A stretch of 64,000 nt of DNA, from contig SUXC01000014.1 of assembly GCA_015061165.1 (NCBI GenBank), forward strand, positions 3,584 through 67,583, read 5' to 3'. Position numbers and translations under genes: made by a program. Positions 24,895-33,887 of this stretch are shown here, piece after piece (position 1 is the stretch's first letter; every line of letters begins with the position of its first letter). This DNA comes from Bacteroidales bacterium (GTDB taxonomy: Bacteria > Bacteroidota > Bacteroidia > Bacteroidales > Paludibacteraceae). The notes beneath the pieces were generated by a model. That model was not told the origin of the DNA, did no database searches, and saw nothing but the letters and a program-made list of their open reading frames with translations.

Positions 24895-27315
24895 ATGAAA
24901 GTCCTCAAATTCGGTGGAACCTCAGTAGGTTCAGTAGATAGTATTCGTCAAATACAGCATATCATCAGTCAGCAGACCGATGACTGTATTGTAGTAGTCA
25001 GTGCATTGGGCGGCATTACCGATCAATTGCTCCGAGCAGCACACTTGGCGCTCGAAAATGGCGAAGAGTACATGGAAGTATATCAACAGATTCGCCAACG
25101 CCATCTGGATATGATTCAGACGCTGATAGAGAATACCACCGTGCGCCAAATGCTCTGCCACGAGATTGAGCGCATATTGGATGAACTGCGTTCTATCCTC
25201 TTTGGCGTGCACCTCATCAAGGACCTCAGTCCTAAATCCGAAGCAGCCATCGTTAGCTATGGCGAGCGCATGAGTAGTCGCATTGTGACGGCTGCACTAC
25301 CTGGTGCCGTGCGTAAGAACTCGTTGGAGTTTATCCGCACCGAACACAAGCATGGACAAATCTTGCTCAATAGCGAGCTGACCGACCAACTCGTGCGCGA
25401 GGCATTCTCACCTATGCCACATTTGGCAGTATGCCCTGGATTTATCTCACGTGATAGCCAAACCGATGAAATAACCAACCTCGGACGTGGCGGAAGCGAC
25501 TATACCGCCTCTATCTTGGCTGCCACCTTGGGCGCAGAGGTATTGGAGATCTGGACGGATGTCAATGGTTTTATGACCGCCGACCCGCGTCTTATCCCAG
25601 AGGCATATACCATTCAGAGCCTCAGTTACGTAGAAGCCACCGAGCTCTGCAACTTTGGCGCTAAAGTGGTATATCCACCTACTATATATCCCGTGTGCGC
25701 GAAGAATATCCCCATCCGTATTCTCAACACTTTCTGCCCTGACAATGCAGGCACGATTATCCAAGCTCAGACGGAGAAGGATGCACACTATGTCTGCGGT
25801 CTCAGTAGTATTCGCGATGTGGCTATGATTACCGTATCGGGTCTTTCGATGGTGGGTGTGATTGGTGTGAACCAACGCATCTTCGGTGCCTTAGCCAATG
25901 CAGGCGTGTCGGTCTTCCTCGTGAGTCAAGCCTCCTCCGAGAACTCCACCACTTTGGGCGTGCAGGAAAAAGACTGCGATGTCGCCGTTGAGGTACTCAC
26001 ACGCGAGTTCGCAGAGGAAATCAAAGTTGGCTCCATGTACCCCATGCTCGTGCAACAGGGATTGGCTGCCGTGAGTATCGTAGGCGAGAAAATGAAGAAC
26101 ATGCCTGGTATCGCAGGCAAACTCTTCGGCACATTGGGTCGCAACGGCATCAGCGTGATTGCTTTTGCGCAGGGTGCAAAGGAGACCAATATCTCGTTTG
26201 TCGTGCCTCAGCAGCAACTCAGCAAGACCATGAATGTGCTGCATGACTCTTTCTTCCTCAGCGAGAATAAGGTACTCAATATCTTCATTTGTGGTGTCGG
26301 CACAGTGGGTGCACAACTTATTGAGCAGATTCAGCAGCAACAATCCACCCTACTCCGCGAGCAGCACATGCAACTCAATGTCGTGGGTATCGCCAATAGC
26401 CGAACGGCTATCTTCAATGCCGAAGGAATCGACCTCACCAACTACCGCGACCAACTTCAAGAGGCTGAACCTCTGCGCCTTGCTACTATTAACGCGCAAC
26501 TTTCCACGCTGCACAATAGCATTTTTGTGGATTGCACAGCCAGTGCCGAAGTGGCAGATACCTATCTGACATTCTTAGAGAACAACATCTCCGTTGTTAC
26601 AGCCAACAAGATTGCAGCATCGGGCGCATATACTCACTACCTGCGCCTGAAACAAACGGCTCTAAAGCATGGTGTGAAGTTCCTCTTCGAAACCAATGTA
26701 GGTGCGGGTCTGCCTATTATTAGCACCATCAACGACCTCCGCAATTCGGGCGACAAGATTTTGCGCATTGAGGCCGTACTCAGTGGTACGCTCAACTTCA
26801 TTTTCAACGAGTTATCCGCCAAAGTGCCTTTCTCTGAGACAATCCGTCGTGCCAAGGAGCAGGGCTATAGCGAACCTGACCCACGCATTGACCTCAGTGG
26901 CAAGGATGTGATTCGCAAACTGGTGATTTTGGCACGCGAAGCGGGCTACCCCGTGGAGCAAGAGGATGTAGAGAAACATTTGTTTGTACCAGAAGACTAT
27001 TTCCAAGGCTCTGTGGATGACTTCTGGAAACGCCTTCCTGAGTTGGATGCCGACTTCGAGGCGCGCCGTCAGGAGTTGGAGAAGAATGGCTTGCGTTGGC
27101 GTTTTGTGGCTTCTCTCAACGAGGGCAAGACACGTGTCAGCCTTGAGACAGTAGATGCTACTCATCCGTTCTATCAATTAGAGGGGTCGAATAATATCGT
27201 GCTTATCACCACCGAACGCTACCACGACTATCCAATGATGATTCGCGGCTATGGTGCGGGTGCTGGTGTAACCGCAGCAGGTGTCTTCGCCAATATCATG
27301 CAAGCGAGCCACTGA
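24895..27315 (+). CDS. thrA: Bifunctional aspartate kinase / homoserine dehydrogenase I
   Basis: 806 aa. N-terminal MKVLKFGGTSVG kinase, ACT region, and a C-terminal homoserine dehydrogenase domain. Confidence 0.93.
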   Translation: MKVLKFGGTSVGSVDSIRQIQHIISQQTDDCIVVVSALGGITDQLLRAAHLALENGEEYMEVYQQIRQRHLDMIQTLIENTTVRQMLCHEIERILDELRSILFGVHLIKDLSPKSEAAIVSYGERMSSRIVTAALPGAVRKNSLEFIRTEHKHGQILLNSELTDQLVREAFSPMPHLAVCPGFISRDSQTDEITNLGRGGSDYTASILAATLGAEVLEIWTDVNGFMTADPRLIPEAYTIQSLSYVEATELCNFGAKVVYPPTIYPVCAKNIPIRILNTFCPDNAGTIIQAQTEKDAHYVCGLSSIRDVAMITVSGLSMVGVIGVNQRIFGALANAGVSVFLVSQASSENSTTLGVQEKDCDVAVEVLTREFAEEIKVGSMYPMLVQQGLAAVSIVGEKMKNMPGIAGKLFGTLGRNGISVIAFAQGAKETNISFVVPQQQLSKTMNVLHDSFFLSENKVLNIFICGVGTVGAQLIEQIQQQQSTLLREQHMQLNVVGIANSRTAIFNAEGIDLTNYRDQLQEAEPLRLATINAQLSTLHNSIFVDCTASAEVADTYLTFLENNISVVTANKIAASGAYTHYLRLKQTALKHGVKFLFETNVGAGLPIISTINDLRNSGDKILRIEAVLSGTLNFIFNELSAKVPFSETIRRAKEQGYSEPDPRIDLSGKDVIRKLVILAREAGYPVEQEDVEKHLFVPEDYFQGSVDDFWKRLPELDADFEARRQELEKNGLRWRFVASLNEGKTRVSLETVDATHPFYQLEGSNNIVLITTERYHDYPMMIRGYGAGAGVTAAGVFANIMQASH

Positions 27316-27520
27316 TTTGCTACCAATTACGGGTTCATAACGAGTTTTTGACGAGTTGATAGTGGCACATCGTTAGCCTATCGGTGGCATATCTATGTCT
27401 TATATGGAGGATAAAATGAGAAAGCATAGTCTTTCCCGTTATCACTCCGTTACCACTTGCCGAAGATAGGCTGATGCTGTTTCATGCTACAGGATATTAA
27501 TTTCCTTCTCTATTCGATTT

Positions 27521-27592
27521 AGGTTTTCCAGATTTTCTGGGTTTTCCATGATTTGAGATAACATAGAAAACATGGAAAACACGGAAAACCTA
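27521..27592. repeat. 72-nt palindromic element: 4 direct + 4 inverted 9-mers
   Basis: aggttttcc agattttct gggttttcc atgatttga | gataacata gaaaacatg gaaaacacg gaaaaccta. Confidence 0.85.
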
Positions 27593-27622
27593 ACACACAA
27601 TTTTTACTTTTAGCCAAAACGA

Positions 27623-27667
27623 CAAATCCGCATAACCGATTCTTTTTCATTCGATTATGCGGATTTG
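27623..27667. terminator. 17-bp hairpin between thrA and the ATPase gene (convergent)
   Basis: caaatccgcataaccga / tcgattatgcggatttg (one mismatch) with an 11-nt loop. Confidence 0.5.
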
Positions 27668-27698
27668 ATTATTATCTATTCACTTTCTCGCCACCATC

Positions 27699-27760
27699 CC
27701 ACGGACTTTCCACGGACTTCTTTCACTTATGTCCTTAGCCCTCCTCCCCCGCGTCCGTGG
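27699..27760. repeat. ccacggactt x2 direct plus one inverted copy
   Basis: ccacggacttt ccacggacttc at 27699-27720. Inverted gtccgtgg at 27753-27760. gtccgtgg also occurs at 59388-59395. Confidence 0.7.
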
Positions 27761-27796
27761 AACATCTCCATAGTATCTCATACGCCACATACTATC

Positions 27797-27897
27797 CTTC
27801 CCGCGTGAGTGTATTTTTAGTTTTCGTGTGCCGAAAAATCGCTTGCGATTAATCGTTCGAGCCCATTGGGCGAGATAAGACGATTGTGCCGAAAGGT
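27797..27897. repeat. Left copy of the direct repeat flanking the ATPase gene
   Basis: cttcccgcgtgagtgtattttt (27797-27818) and gattgtgccgaaaggt (27882-27897). Confidence 0.7.
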
Positions 27898-29187
27898 TTA
27901 ATCTCTCAAACATGCCAATGGTATTACTTTGACACCATCTTCGCGAGTATAAGCAAGTTGTCCACCTGTAATAACAATCAACAAATCAGGTTCGCGCAAA
28001 GGTACCTGCTTTTCTTTTTTATTATATTCTTTGATAAGGTTTTGTACCTCAATGAGATGCTGTGCTCCTTCCTCTATTTCAGAACTACCTAACTTAAATT
28101 CTATCAAAGCAAATTGACCGTTTGCGATACGCAAAACTGCATCTGTTTCCAAATCATATCTATCATGATAATATGCCAAACTACCTCGTAGAGATTGTGA
28201 ATATGCTTTCAAATCACGAATACACATAGTTTCAAAAATGAAACCAAATGTCTTCAAATCCATCTCCAGCATTTGTGGAGTTAATCCTAATGCTGCTACA
28301 GCAATAGATGGATCACAGAACTCTCGTTTCATGCCACTACGAATGGCGGATGCAGAACGAATAGCAGGACACCATGCTGGTATGTCTTGGATTACAAACA
28401 GTCGCTGAAAAGCATTTAGATAACTATCGAATGTATTCATTGCAACAGTTTCAAAGTTTGCAACGACATCTTTGAGCATGTTGCTCTTTTTTGCCAAAGT
28501 GGATATATTGCGAGCATAAGAGCGCAGGATTGCTCTTGCAAGTTCCTCATTTCGTTGCACACCATCCACGGTAGAAATATCCATTGAGCATAAACTATCT
28601 ATATAGTTGCGTGCTACATTGAGTTTTGCACTATCTGTTTTAGCCAGATGTGCTGCTGGCCAACCACCACGACAAGCAGCAAAGATTAGTTCTTCTATGC
28701 TAGTCTGAGACGTGATAGCATCTATATCCATGTTAGGATTTTCAAAGAGTGCTTTCAATGAAATCTCGCCTGTTGACTCTTGTGTTTCAAACAGACTCAT
28801 TGGTTGCATTCTTAGGCGAGCTATTCGTCCTGTACCAGAGTGCATAATATCTTGGTTATCTATAGAATTACTGCCTGTTAGAATGAATTGTCCCATCTCG
28901 TTTCTATCATCCACCATCACACGCACCGCATCCCAAAGCTGTGGAATAATCTGCCACTCGTCAATCAGTCGCGGCGTTTCGCCTTTGAGAAGTAAGGATG
29001 GTTTTGTTTTGGCTGTTGCTATGTATGCTTCCCTTGTGTCGGGATTTTGCAGGCGCAATATGCTCGCTGCTTGCTGAGTAGCAGTTGTAGTTTTACCGCA
29101 CCATTTTGGTCCCTCTATTAACACTGCACCAGAAGACTCTAATAACTCAGTTAGTAGTCCATCCACCATTCTTTGTAAGTAAGCCAT
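27898..29187 (-). CDS. AAA-family ATPase with DUF4143-like C-terminal domain
   Basis: 429 aa. Walker A GPKWCGKTT. Length and architecture are typical of the AAA_14 + DUF4143 singletons common in Bacteroidota. Confidence 0.85.
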   Translation of the reverse strand: MAYLQRMVDGLLTELLESSGAVLIEGPKWCGKTTTATQQAASILRLQNPDTREAYIATAKTKPSLLLKGETPRLIDEWQIIPQLWDAVRVMVDDRNEMGQFILTGSNSIDNQDIMHSGTGRIARLRMQPMSLFETQESTGEISLKALFENPNMDIDAITSQTSIEELIFAACRGGWPAAHLAKTDSAKLNVARNYIDSLCSMDISTVDGVQRNEELARAILRSYARNISTLAKKSNMLKDVVANFETVAMNTFDSYLNAFQRLFVIQDIPAWCPAIRSASAIRSGMKREFCDPSIAVAALGLTPQMLEMDLKTFGFIFETMCIRDLKAYSQSLRGSLAYYHDRYDLETDAVLRIANGQFALIEFKLGSSEIEEGAQHLIEVQNLIKEYNKKEKQVPLREPDLLIVITGGQLAYTREDGVKVIPLACLRD

Positions 29188-29212
29188 AATATATTTGCAT
29201 TAAATTTGGCTG

Positions 29213-29220
29213 CAAAGGTA
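29213..29220 (-). promoter_or_regulatory. -7 box TACCTTTG for the AAA ATPase
   Basis: 26 nt from the ATG. Confidence 0.65.
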
Positions 29221-29253
29221 TAAAAAATAAATGACACTACCAAATCATTGCGC

Positions 29254-29310
29254 ATTTTTGTGGCATTTTATTGAGTATTTTTGTGGTATCTTGTTGAGTA
29301 TTTTTGTTAA
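29254..29310. repeat. 2.5 x 23-nt direct repeats upstream of the ATPase promoter
   Basis: atttttgtggcattttattgagt / atttttgtggtatcttgttgagt / atttttgtt... Confidence 0.75.
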
Positions 29311-29359
29311 TAATAAGTGAAAGTGATGCAGAATATGGAGAGAATGATAGTATATACAC

Positions 29360-29410
29360 CACGCGGGAAGTGTAGTGTTTACTAAGCTTCCCGCGTGAGT
29401 GTGTTTTTTT
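29360..29410 (+). terminator. 11-bp hairpin plus T-run
   Basis: cacgcgggaag / cttcccgcgtg, followed by agtgtgTTTTTTT. It is oriented on the plus strand although both neighbouring genes are on the minus strand. Confidence 0.4.
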
Positions 29411-29460
29411 GCAAAAAGTTTCTTCGCGCGAAGATTGTGCCGATGATTGTGCCGAAGGTA
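29387..29460. repeat. Right copy of the direct repeat flanking the ATPase gene
   Basis: cttcccgcgtgagtgtgttttt (29387-29408; 21 of 22 identical to the left copy) and gattgtgccga tgattgtgccgaaggta (29433-29460). Confidence 0.7.
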
Positions 29461-29559
29461 TCACCCATTCTTCAGATGTTTATTTTCCATAACGATACCA
29501 CCACGATACCACCCAGATCATGACAGGTGGTAGTTTATTGGCAATGTAGTATTCTTTTT

Positions 29560-30639
29560 TTACTGCTTTACTTGTTCCCGAACTACTTGGCAGATTTTCG
29601 GTGTCAGATACTTGTAGGCATCGCGGACTGCCTGTTGGTAATTATGCGTGTGTCCGCCTTTCTCGGTAAATATGTTCTCATACACACGTTGTCCTGTGGC
29701 TATCTTGGTGATGGAGATAGTAGCATCCACGTATGCAAAATAGGTATTGATATTGCTTGTTGCTACTTTATTATATTCGCGGGCTGTGGCAGAAATGTCT
29801 ATTACCCAATCCGCTGTGCTTGGGTCGGTAACGAAGTTACAACCTAATTGACTCAATGCGCCTTTCAACTCCTCTTGCAAAGCGGGATAAGTACTCTCAA
29901 ATGCCGTTGCATGAACTTTGATGCAGATTGTCAGGGCATTTTTGAGTTGTGCGACCATTGCCATAAGGCGTTGCTGCAATGTGCGTGTTTCGCTGAGCAT
30001 AAGCGTTTCTTCGGTGGCATCGGTATCTACTTCCACCAATAGTTTCTGTGCTTCATCCACTTCCGTGAATAGGGGCAATGCTTTTTCGGCTGCGCTACGC
30101 GCTTGCAGTTTCTGTCCTGTGGCGATAAGTTGGTCCACTTGGTCGAGCGACATCTCCACCTTGGTGAGGGCTACGGTGATTTGCTTCTCTAATTGGCGGA
30201 TAAGGGTGCTTTTCTTTACGTAGGCAAAGGCAGCGATAGTGCCAGTCTGTGGATTACGCCATGATTCTATTTGCAGCCCTGGGATTTTCATATCCACCGT
30301 TGTGGTGGTAGAGGAAGTAAACTCGCGCATGGATTGACGGAAAGTGCCTTCGTTGGAGCGAAGGGTTTGGCTGAGGGCGTTGTTGGTGGTATTATTCTTG
30401 ACATGTATGCGGATAGTGGATAGGGCTTCCACGCGCGCTGCATCTTTCAGGCGTTGGATGGCTATTTCTGGGCGTTCATTGCCAGTAGGTGCACCTTCGG
30501 CGTAGCCCGTGAAATACTCGCTGTCGGGATAATCCAAGCGTCGCAAGTCATGGTCACACCACGTTGGAGGCAGTTGGGCGAAAGCAGCAACGGTAGCCAT
30601 CGCCCAACAGACCATGGTTATCAAAAGGGGTTTCTTCAT
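29560..30639 (-). CDS. LPP20-like secreted protein or lipoprotein (tentative)
   Basis: 359 aa. Signal peptide MKKPLLITMVCWAMATVAAFA. The family call is tentative. Confidence 0.6.
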   Translation of the reverse strand: MKKPLLITMVCWAMATVAAFAQLPPTWCDHDLRRLDYPDSEYFTGYAEGAPTGNERPEIAIQRLKDAARVEALSTIRIHVKNNTTNNALSQTLRSNEGTFRQSMREFTSSTTTTVDMKIPGLQIESWRNPQTGTIAAFAYVKKSTLIRQLEKQITVALTKVEMSLDQVDQLIATGQKLQARSAAEKALPLFTEVDEAQKLLVEVDTDATEETLMLSETRTLQQRLMAMVAQLKNALTICIKVHATAFESTYPALQEELKGALSQLGCNFVTDPSTADWVIDISATAREYNKVATSNINTYFAYVDATISITKIATGQRVYENIFTEKGGHTHNYQQAVRDAYKYLTPKICQVVREQVKQ

Positions 30640-30794
30640 ATTGTTGGTGCTTTTAGTTTTCGTGGTGGGTTCTTGGATATTGAATATTTCTTACGTTTCT
30701 CAGTCTTTTTTGCAAAATACTGCGTAATTCATTTATTTTTAGTATCTTTGCAGCATATCTTCATTGAAAATCGGAAGTACGGCAGTATAAGTTC

Positions 30795-32327
30795 TTACTC
30801 ACAAACAGGTAATATATTTCTTCTACGATCTCTGTCTTTTGATCTCAATTCTATTCCGTTTATGCAAAAATCAAACAGCCATGCTGTTTTTGAAGTTCCA
30901 TTACCATTTATTGAAGCTGTCCAATATGGACCATAATCAAGCAAAATATATGCTCCATTCGGACCGACAAGAACATATTTACCATCTTCCACCCTATCTA
31001 CCTTGCAAAATTTTATTAGTTCTTGTACATCTTGATATGTTGGCATGCGCCATTTCCCTTTTCGCACCTTATAAGCCACATCATATTCCGTTTTAGCAAT
31101 ATTCGTTCCAATGTTAATATATTTTCCATTCCTAAGATATTTATAATCGCGCCTATAATCATTATCAGGTTTTACTTCGCCCCACATATACAAATTATCA
31201 CCCTCCAAACGATATTTTGCCCACTTTAAACCACTTGGTAATCCTAAATCCACATAACTATATCCATTATGTGAACTTGTTTTAGATTCTGTAATTCTTC
31301 TTTGTTGTCTTTTTCTTTCTGCTTCACGTCTTGCCTCTTCTTCCGCTATGCGTTTTGCTTCTTCTGCTTGGCGCTTTGCTTCTTCAGCCAATCGTTTTTC
31401 CTCCTCTATACGCAGACGCTCTTGTTCCTCCTCATATGCTATTTCTTGAATAGTCTTATCTGATAGTTTTTCTGCTATTTGTTGTGCAGCAGTTATAACA
31501 CTTGGAGCATTTGACAGCTGAACTCCTTCCAAATTGCATGAATTAACTACAGTGGCCGTTTCTACATCTATCAAACGAGTAGATATGAAGTAATCACCAA
31601 AGAGTTGTGATGTTTTGGCAATACAGACATAGTGTACACCAAATTGTTTTCCCAATCGTGTCAATTCTGCATCATCCACAGCACCTGTATGTTGATAATC
31701 TTGCTCTTTACTTAATTGATTCAAAAAACCTTGTGTGCGCTCTATGGCAAAATATCGACCGCTATGCGCAAATCCAGCCACCAATTGGTCACCTAAAATA
31801 ATATCCACATCCTTATTGCCTGTACGACTAACATATACTGCCACTTTTTTGGCTGTTGATATTTTAGATTGTTCAAAAGAAGATAGCAAACCATCAGATA
31901 ATGTGTTCAGTACAGATATAAGTTGAGAACTATTTGCAATAGCACCATTAGAACTTGAAGATACAACAACCTCTGCTCTCTCCACGTCTATCAAACGGGT
32001 GGAAATATATTTTTCACTTCCCCAAACATCAAATGCTGATGCTACACATACATAATCTACACCATATTGTTTTCCCAAACGGGAGATTTCGCTATCATCA
32101 ACCGCACCTGTAGATTGGTAATTTTGCTCTTTAGACAATTCACTCAAGAAACTTGCAGTACGTTCAATAGCGATATACTTACCACTTTTAGCTATACCAT
32201 CCACCAAACGACTACCCACGATATCATTGATAGGATCATTACCTGTGACATATACAGCCACTTTCTTTTGTTGTGCAAACATTGTCAGCGAAAGTAGCGA
32301 AAGTAAGATAATTAAAACCTTTTTCAT
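30795..32327 (-). CDS. Secreted protein: two CsgG/LpoB-like domains, a charged coiled coil and a FISUMP/DUF1566-like C-terminal domain
   Basis: I place the start at MKKVLIILLSLLSLTMFAQ (rc ATG 32325-32327). A module of about 140 aa is duplicated (KKVAVYV...IAIERT...LSKEQ(N/D)YQ(S/H)TGAVDD...RLGKQ(Y/F)GV(D/H)YVC(V/I)A...ISTRLIDVE). EEKRLAEEAKRQAEEAKR coiled coil. The C-terminal GLPSGLKWA...WRMPT block resembles the protein at 36083-36727. Confidence 0.65.
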   Translation of the reverse strand: MKKVLIILLSLLSLTMFAQQKKVAVYVTGNDPINDIVGSRLVDGIAKSGKYIAIERTASFLSELSKEQNYQSTGAVDDSEISRLGKQYGVDYVCVASAFDVWGSEKYISTRLIDVERAEVVVSSSSNGAIANSSQLISVLNTLSDGLLSSFEQSKISTAKKVAVYVSRTGNKDVDIILGDQLVAGFAHSGRYFAIERTQGFLNQLSKEQDYQHTGAVDDAELTRLGKQFGVHYVCIAKTSQLFGDYFISTRLIDVETATVVNSCNLEGVQLSNAPSVITAAQQIAEKLSDKTIQEIAYEEEQERLRIEEEKRLAEEAKRQAEEAKRIAEEEARREAERKRQQRRITESKTSSHNGYSYVDLGLPSGLKWAKYRLEGDNLYMWGEVKPDNDYRRDYKYLRNGKYINIGTNIAKTEYDVAYKVRKGKWRMPTYQDVQELIKFCKVDRVEDGKYVLVGPNGAYILLDYGPYWTASINGNGTSKTAWLFDFCINGIELRSKDRDRRRNILPVCE

Positions 32328-32359
32328 AATAATCATGTTATATTGTTTATTCATTAGCA

Positions 32360-33085
32360 TTATTGTATATCTTGTTGGCAATTTTTATCAAACTCATCTG
32401 CGAACTTTTGATAGTCCATATCCAATTGCAGTTCTTCGTCTTCTTGGATACCCTCATAAATGGGCCCTAACAAATCATCTTTGGCTACCTCTACTACCAT
32501 GTAATGCTTGAATAGTTTTTCGCCATTGAGGACATAAGAGGTCGTTTTGCGACATGCTATACGGTAGCCTGTACTTTGCTCAACTGCGGTCAAAGTCATG
32601 CCCTCCATGCGTTGTTTAGACTCGCGAGTGAGGTTAATGCGCATCGTTTTCTTGTAGTTACTCACAATTGCCTGCACACTGGTATTGATTTGTGAAGCCA
32701 TTTCCTCCAATGCAGCCGAGCGTGCTAATTCTACAGCCATCTGTTGGTCGTAATCTTCGCCTACACCGCGACCGCGAATAATGGTAGCAGTTGTCAAGAG
32801 ATCGCTACATGGCTCGCTGACCTCTACCTCTTGCGCTGCTTGCGCTTCCGCACGGGCTTTGGCGCGGGCTGCTGCCTCGGCGGCTTTCTCTTCTTCTACG
32901 CGCTTGGCATTAGCAATACTATCCATACGGATTTGATGACGGAGGGCAGCCTCTTCAGCATCAAACTGCTGCTGTTGCTCCCATTTGGCTTTCTCGGCTG
33001 CTTTTCTCTCTTTGCGCGTTTGTGCATTCGCAGGAACGGCTACAATAGCCAACGCCATAAGGGCAAGAAAAATGGTCTTTTTCAT
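32360..33085 (-). CDS. LPP20-like secreted protein with Ala/Glu/Lys-rich linker (tentative)
   Basis: 241 aa. Signal peptide MKKTIFLALMALAIVAVPANA. It lies 32 nt upstream of the next gene on the same strand. Confidence 0.6.
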   Translation of the reverse strand: MKKTIFLALMALAIVAVPANAQTRKERKAAEKAKWEQQQQFDAEEAALRHQIRMDSIANAKRVEEEKAAEAAARAKARAEAQAAQEVEVSEPCSDLLTTATIIRGRGVGEDYDQQMAVELARSAALEEMASQINTSVQAIVSNYKKTMRINLTRESKQRMEGMTLTAVEQSTGYRIACRKTTSYVLNGEKLFKHYMVVEVAKDDLLGPIYEGIQEDEELQLDMDYQKFADEFDKNCQQDIQ

Positions 33086-33147
33086 TGTTGTAGTGTTTTA
33101 GTAAGTTTGTATTTATGTTATGATTATTCAAACCGTTATACACATAC

Positions 33148-33180
33148 AAAAAAGCGCGGAACTTGCCTTTTGCCAGTTCC
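33148..33180 (-). terminator. Intrinsic terminator or attenuator inside the lipoprotein-operon leader
   Basis: Minus strand: ggaactggc-aaaa-ggcaagttcc (imperfect), then gcgcTTTTTT. It ends about 65 nt before the ATG at 33085. Confidence 0.5.
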
Positions 33181-33495
33181 ACCTTTTGAGGCTGTCGCAT
33201 TGCCTTAGATATTAGAACCGACAACGCGAAGCCCACGCCGAATATAAAATATACTCTCGTGCTACATAGTTAAGGTACGCGTGTGCGCATACGCATATAC
33301 GCAAACAATGTACCAAAATAGGCACAAGAGGGATAATCTATATCCCGTAGGACATCTATCGTTGCTAAGTCCTGAATATCTATTGAAAGTTGCGACATTC
33401 CAAAAGGTCAGAACAGAGCGCAATAAACGCCTTTTTAATATGTCTGCAAAACCCTCCGCCGATGCGCAGACATCCCTTCGTTGGGTTTCGCGCTG

Positions 33496-33503
33496 CAAAG
33501 GTA
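33496..33503 (-). promoter_or_regulatory. -7 box TACCTTTG with -33 TTTG, 411 nt upstream of the lipoprotein operon
   Basis: On the minus strand, TTTG lies 20 nt upstream of TACCTTTG. No closer consensus box precedes the gene starting at 33085. Confidence 0.55.
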
Positions 33504-33556
33504 ATACATTTTTTTGAATTGAGCAAATAATAATCGTTTTTTAGGGCGATTTTTCT

Positions 33557-33591
33557 GATGTAAAGTGTAGAGTGTAAGGTGTAAAGGCAAA
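33557..33591. repeat. 5 x 7 nt RGTGTAA module (reverse complement of the TTACACC family)
   Basis: gatgtaa agtgtag agtgtaa ggtgtaa aggcaaa. Confidence 0.8.
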
Positions 33592-33887
33592 TAGTCAATC
33601 TTAAGAAACGGCACTTTTTGCAAGTTGACCGTCTCGGGGAGTTCTCTCGGAGTTCTCAGGGTCGTCGCTCGGTAAAATTGAGGAACGGATAGCGAAACGA
33701 AAAGAGAACGAATCTTAATAATTGATACTTTTAGCACTTTTTTAACCACGAACAACGAATGATTCACAAACTACTCGTCTGCCATTTTGGCAGGCGAATT
33801 TGGTATAAAATGGGCTTTGGTATATCTTTTGTACTTATCACATCAAACAACATCAATTAAACATAACCATTGTCTTATTTTATAACT

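Noticed and set aside
27680-27913. Small ORFs in repeat-rich spacers (27680-27913, 29237-29464, 13308-13782, 33262-33767, 58256-58818).
   Set aside because: They have low-complexity or repeat-derived translations, no promoter-start geometry and no family resemblance.
30743-30750. Plus-strand TATCTTTG promoter-like box between two minus-strand lipoprotein genes.
   Set aside because: There is no -33 TTTG at the proper spacing and no plus-strand ORF downstream. It could be a chance match or an antisense promoter, and I cannot distinguish the two.
33102-33109. Plus-strand TAAGTTTG box that could drive a short sRNA through the 33158-33180 hairpin.
   Set aside because: It has no -33 element, and the T-run after the hairpin is poor on the plus strand. 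The minus-strand attenuator reading fits better.
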